Translations under genes and position numbers: made by a program
Assembly (NCBI GenBank): GCA_050575255.1
Contig: JBNZDD010013628.1
Location: 2,822,774-2,886,773 of the forward strand
Source: Harriotta raleighana
Taxonomy: Eukaryota
Reading direction: 5' to 3'
DNA length: 64,000 bases
Notes under the pieces: model-generated
What the model was told of the DNA's origin: nothing
Seen by the model: the letters and a program-made list of their open reading frames with translations, nothing else
The model's database searches: none
Part shown: piece after piece, positions 62,226 to 64,000 of the stretch
Numbering within the stretch: position 1 is the stretch's first letter
How the letters are laid out: each line of letters begins with the position of its first letter

Positions 62226-64000
62226 CTGGGAGAGAGAAAAAATTACAAACAGTCAGTGCGGACGTTTGCCTGTGTGCTATGTACAATTTCAGTGTGGGTA
62301 TTATATCCCCATTTATTCCTCTCTATTCTCTATATTGATCCAGGTCACACAGAGCTTAGAGGGCTGGTTGGCAATATACACACAGGCTTCTAATGCTGCT
62401 GATGCACAATGGCATATTTCAACCCTTTGAAATCCTCTCCTCAACAGCAAGACATCTGGTTTCTGCCTGACACCTCCCCAAGCAATGAGCCTGGGGGGGT
62501 GGTTTACAATCTGTACCAATTCCTTCTATGTTGGGAGTATTACTTCTTCCGTACAGCTTACCAACGTAAAAGTATCATTCAAATTCTTACACAGAACAGA
62601 TTTAAGGAAATAATAGTTGTCCTTCACACCACAGTACAGTATTTCGAACTTTTACAGACAGATACTGGAACCTTCCACAAAAGATCAGTGAATCATTGAT
62701 ACAACAATAACTTATTTGTTTTATTCAATTTTCTGGACTGATTCAAACAGCGCACATTTAAAATTCACATGATTTCTCAGAGGACAAAACATTAGGACAT
62801 ACTGGGTTACTTGTTTGAGTCAGTATTATTCTCATTTAACACAATAAATTCATTCAAAGAGATATCCAGGCAAACAGTGGCATATTCCATTCCTTACCAG
62901 CACTTGCCTAGAGTCCTAGCAGGCTTGAGGTACATCAATTTCATATGGGACGAAGCTTTCCAGTACTCAAAAAAAAAGAAAATTTCCTCACCCAGATTTC
63001 AGGGGGAAATGGAACATATGAAAATTGTTCAAAGGGAACTGTGCACAGTTTGATGCCACTACATTTGCCTGGTAATTTCACACCAGGGCTGTTTAAGCTT
63101 TGGAAGAACTAGATAGAGCTCAATAACAAAAAAATGCGAGGTGGGGGAAGAATTGTTTCAAATAAAATAACAGTTGTTTTTTAGTGTTGCAGAGAATGGA
63201 ACTCAGTCATCCTTGGCACATCCTCCTGATGTGAAAGGCGCTCTATAAATGTAATTTTGTTGTTGTTTTTCTGGGAAACCTAACCGAGAGACCGAATGAG
63301 GCCTTAGGGAAAAACTCCTTTCAAACCAGGGTAGTCGTATTTCCAAACAACATTCTCTCATCCTGTTGAATTATTTTAAAACCAGCACTTTTCCACAAGT
63401 AGCCCGTAACTCAGGGTTTTATTCTCTAAAATATACTGTTGAATTTTTATTGACTTGCTAACTTTCACAGTTAATTAAACGGCACATTTAATTGAAAGTA
63501 AATCTCTGATCATTAAGTATACTTATCATAATTGACATAGTGACACTTGGCACTGTGCTCTTATTTCATGTTAACACCGACAATGTTAACAACTAATGCC
63601 ATGAATCAGCCGCTAACATAATGGGTAACCCTTATGTCGCTGGATACTTTGCACCTCAACTTTCGTAAGGGATGTCCTAGATTTTCACACCACTTTTGAA
63701 CAAACCAGACAGAAGATTCCCTTGGGATTGTGTCATATTTTCCTTTCCATGATCATGCTGCTGTCCTTTCCAGAGCATTAACTATATGCCAATGGAGCAC
63801 AGAATGACAGAGATGAAGTACCTAACTACCTCAGTATGAAGTCCCGATGGAATCAGGTAAATTAATGAGACTCATCCAAAGGTTATGTATGATCTATTAC
63901 TTCCTCTAATTATAAATAATAATCCTGATCATTATGCTGGTTAGCTATAAAGAACTAAGATAAATGTGCTTAACCATGATTAATAGACATCAATGAACTG

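Noticed and set aside
62885-62970. Possible upstream DGK exon ending ..GTGCTG|gtaagg
   Set aside because: There is an in-frame TAG and no similarity to the expected DGK linker exon.
193-63053. Remaining 60-180 aa ORFs in the six-frame track as genes
   Set aside because: They overlap LINE, SINE or MITE debris or are chance frames. Apart from the TE-derived motifs listed under features, none has a recognisable host-gene domain or splice structure.

Overview
This is eukaryotic genomic DNA. The repeat inventory suggests a cartilaginous fish, probably a chimaera or shark; this is an inference, not a database result. The window holds five consecutive minus-strand coding exons (62225-62152, 59407-59333, 54325-54240, 52211-52122, 50006-49846) of a type I diacylglycerol kinase. 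By recalled sequence it is closest to DGKB, but DGKG is not excluded. The exons encode the DAGKc catalytic domain ([22 protein letters not shown]) and the start of the accessory domain. I found no next exon (DASIAHRFH...), so 1-49845 appears to be one intron of more than 49.8 kb. It is filled with L2 and CR1 LINE fragments, tRNA-derived SINEs, DeuSINE-like relics, Penelope-like element ends and TA-flanked Tigger-like MITEs. Almost all ORFs in the supplied track are TE debris or chance. I see no convincing new multi-gene system. The most interesting observations are five degenerate minimal hammerhead-ribozyme motifs in the Penelope ends, two Penelope fold-back hairpins, a Trp-to-Ser change in the conserved LRWGGG motif, a phase-compatible candidate alternative last exon, and a long-range inverted repeat around three exons. 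Single-N junctions flanked by duplications look like assembly artefacts. Repeat boundaries were read by eye and are approximate.
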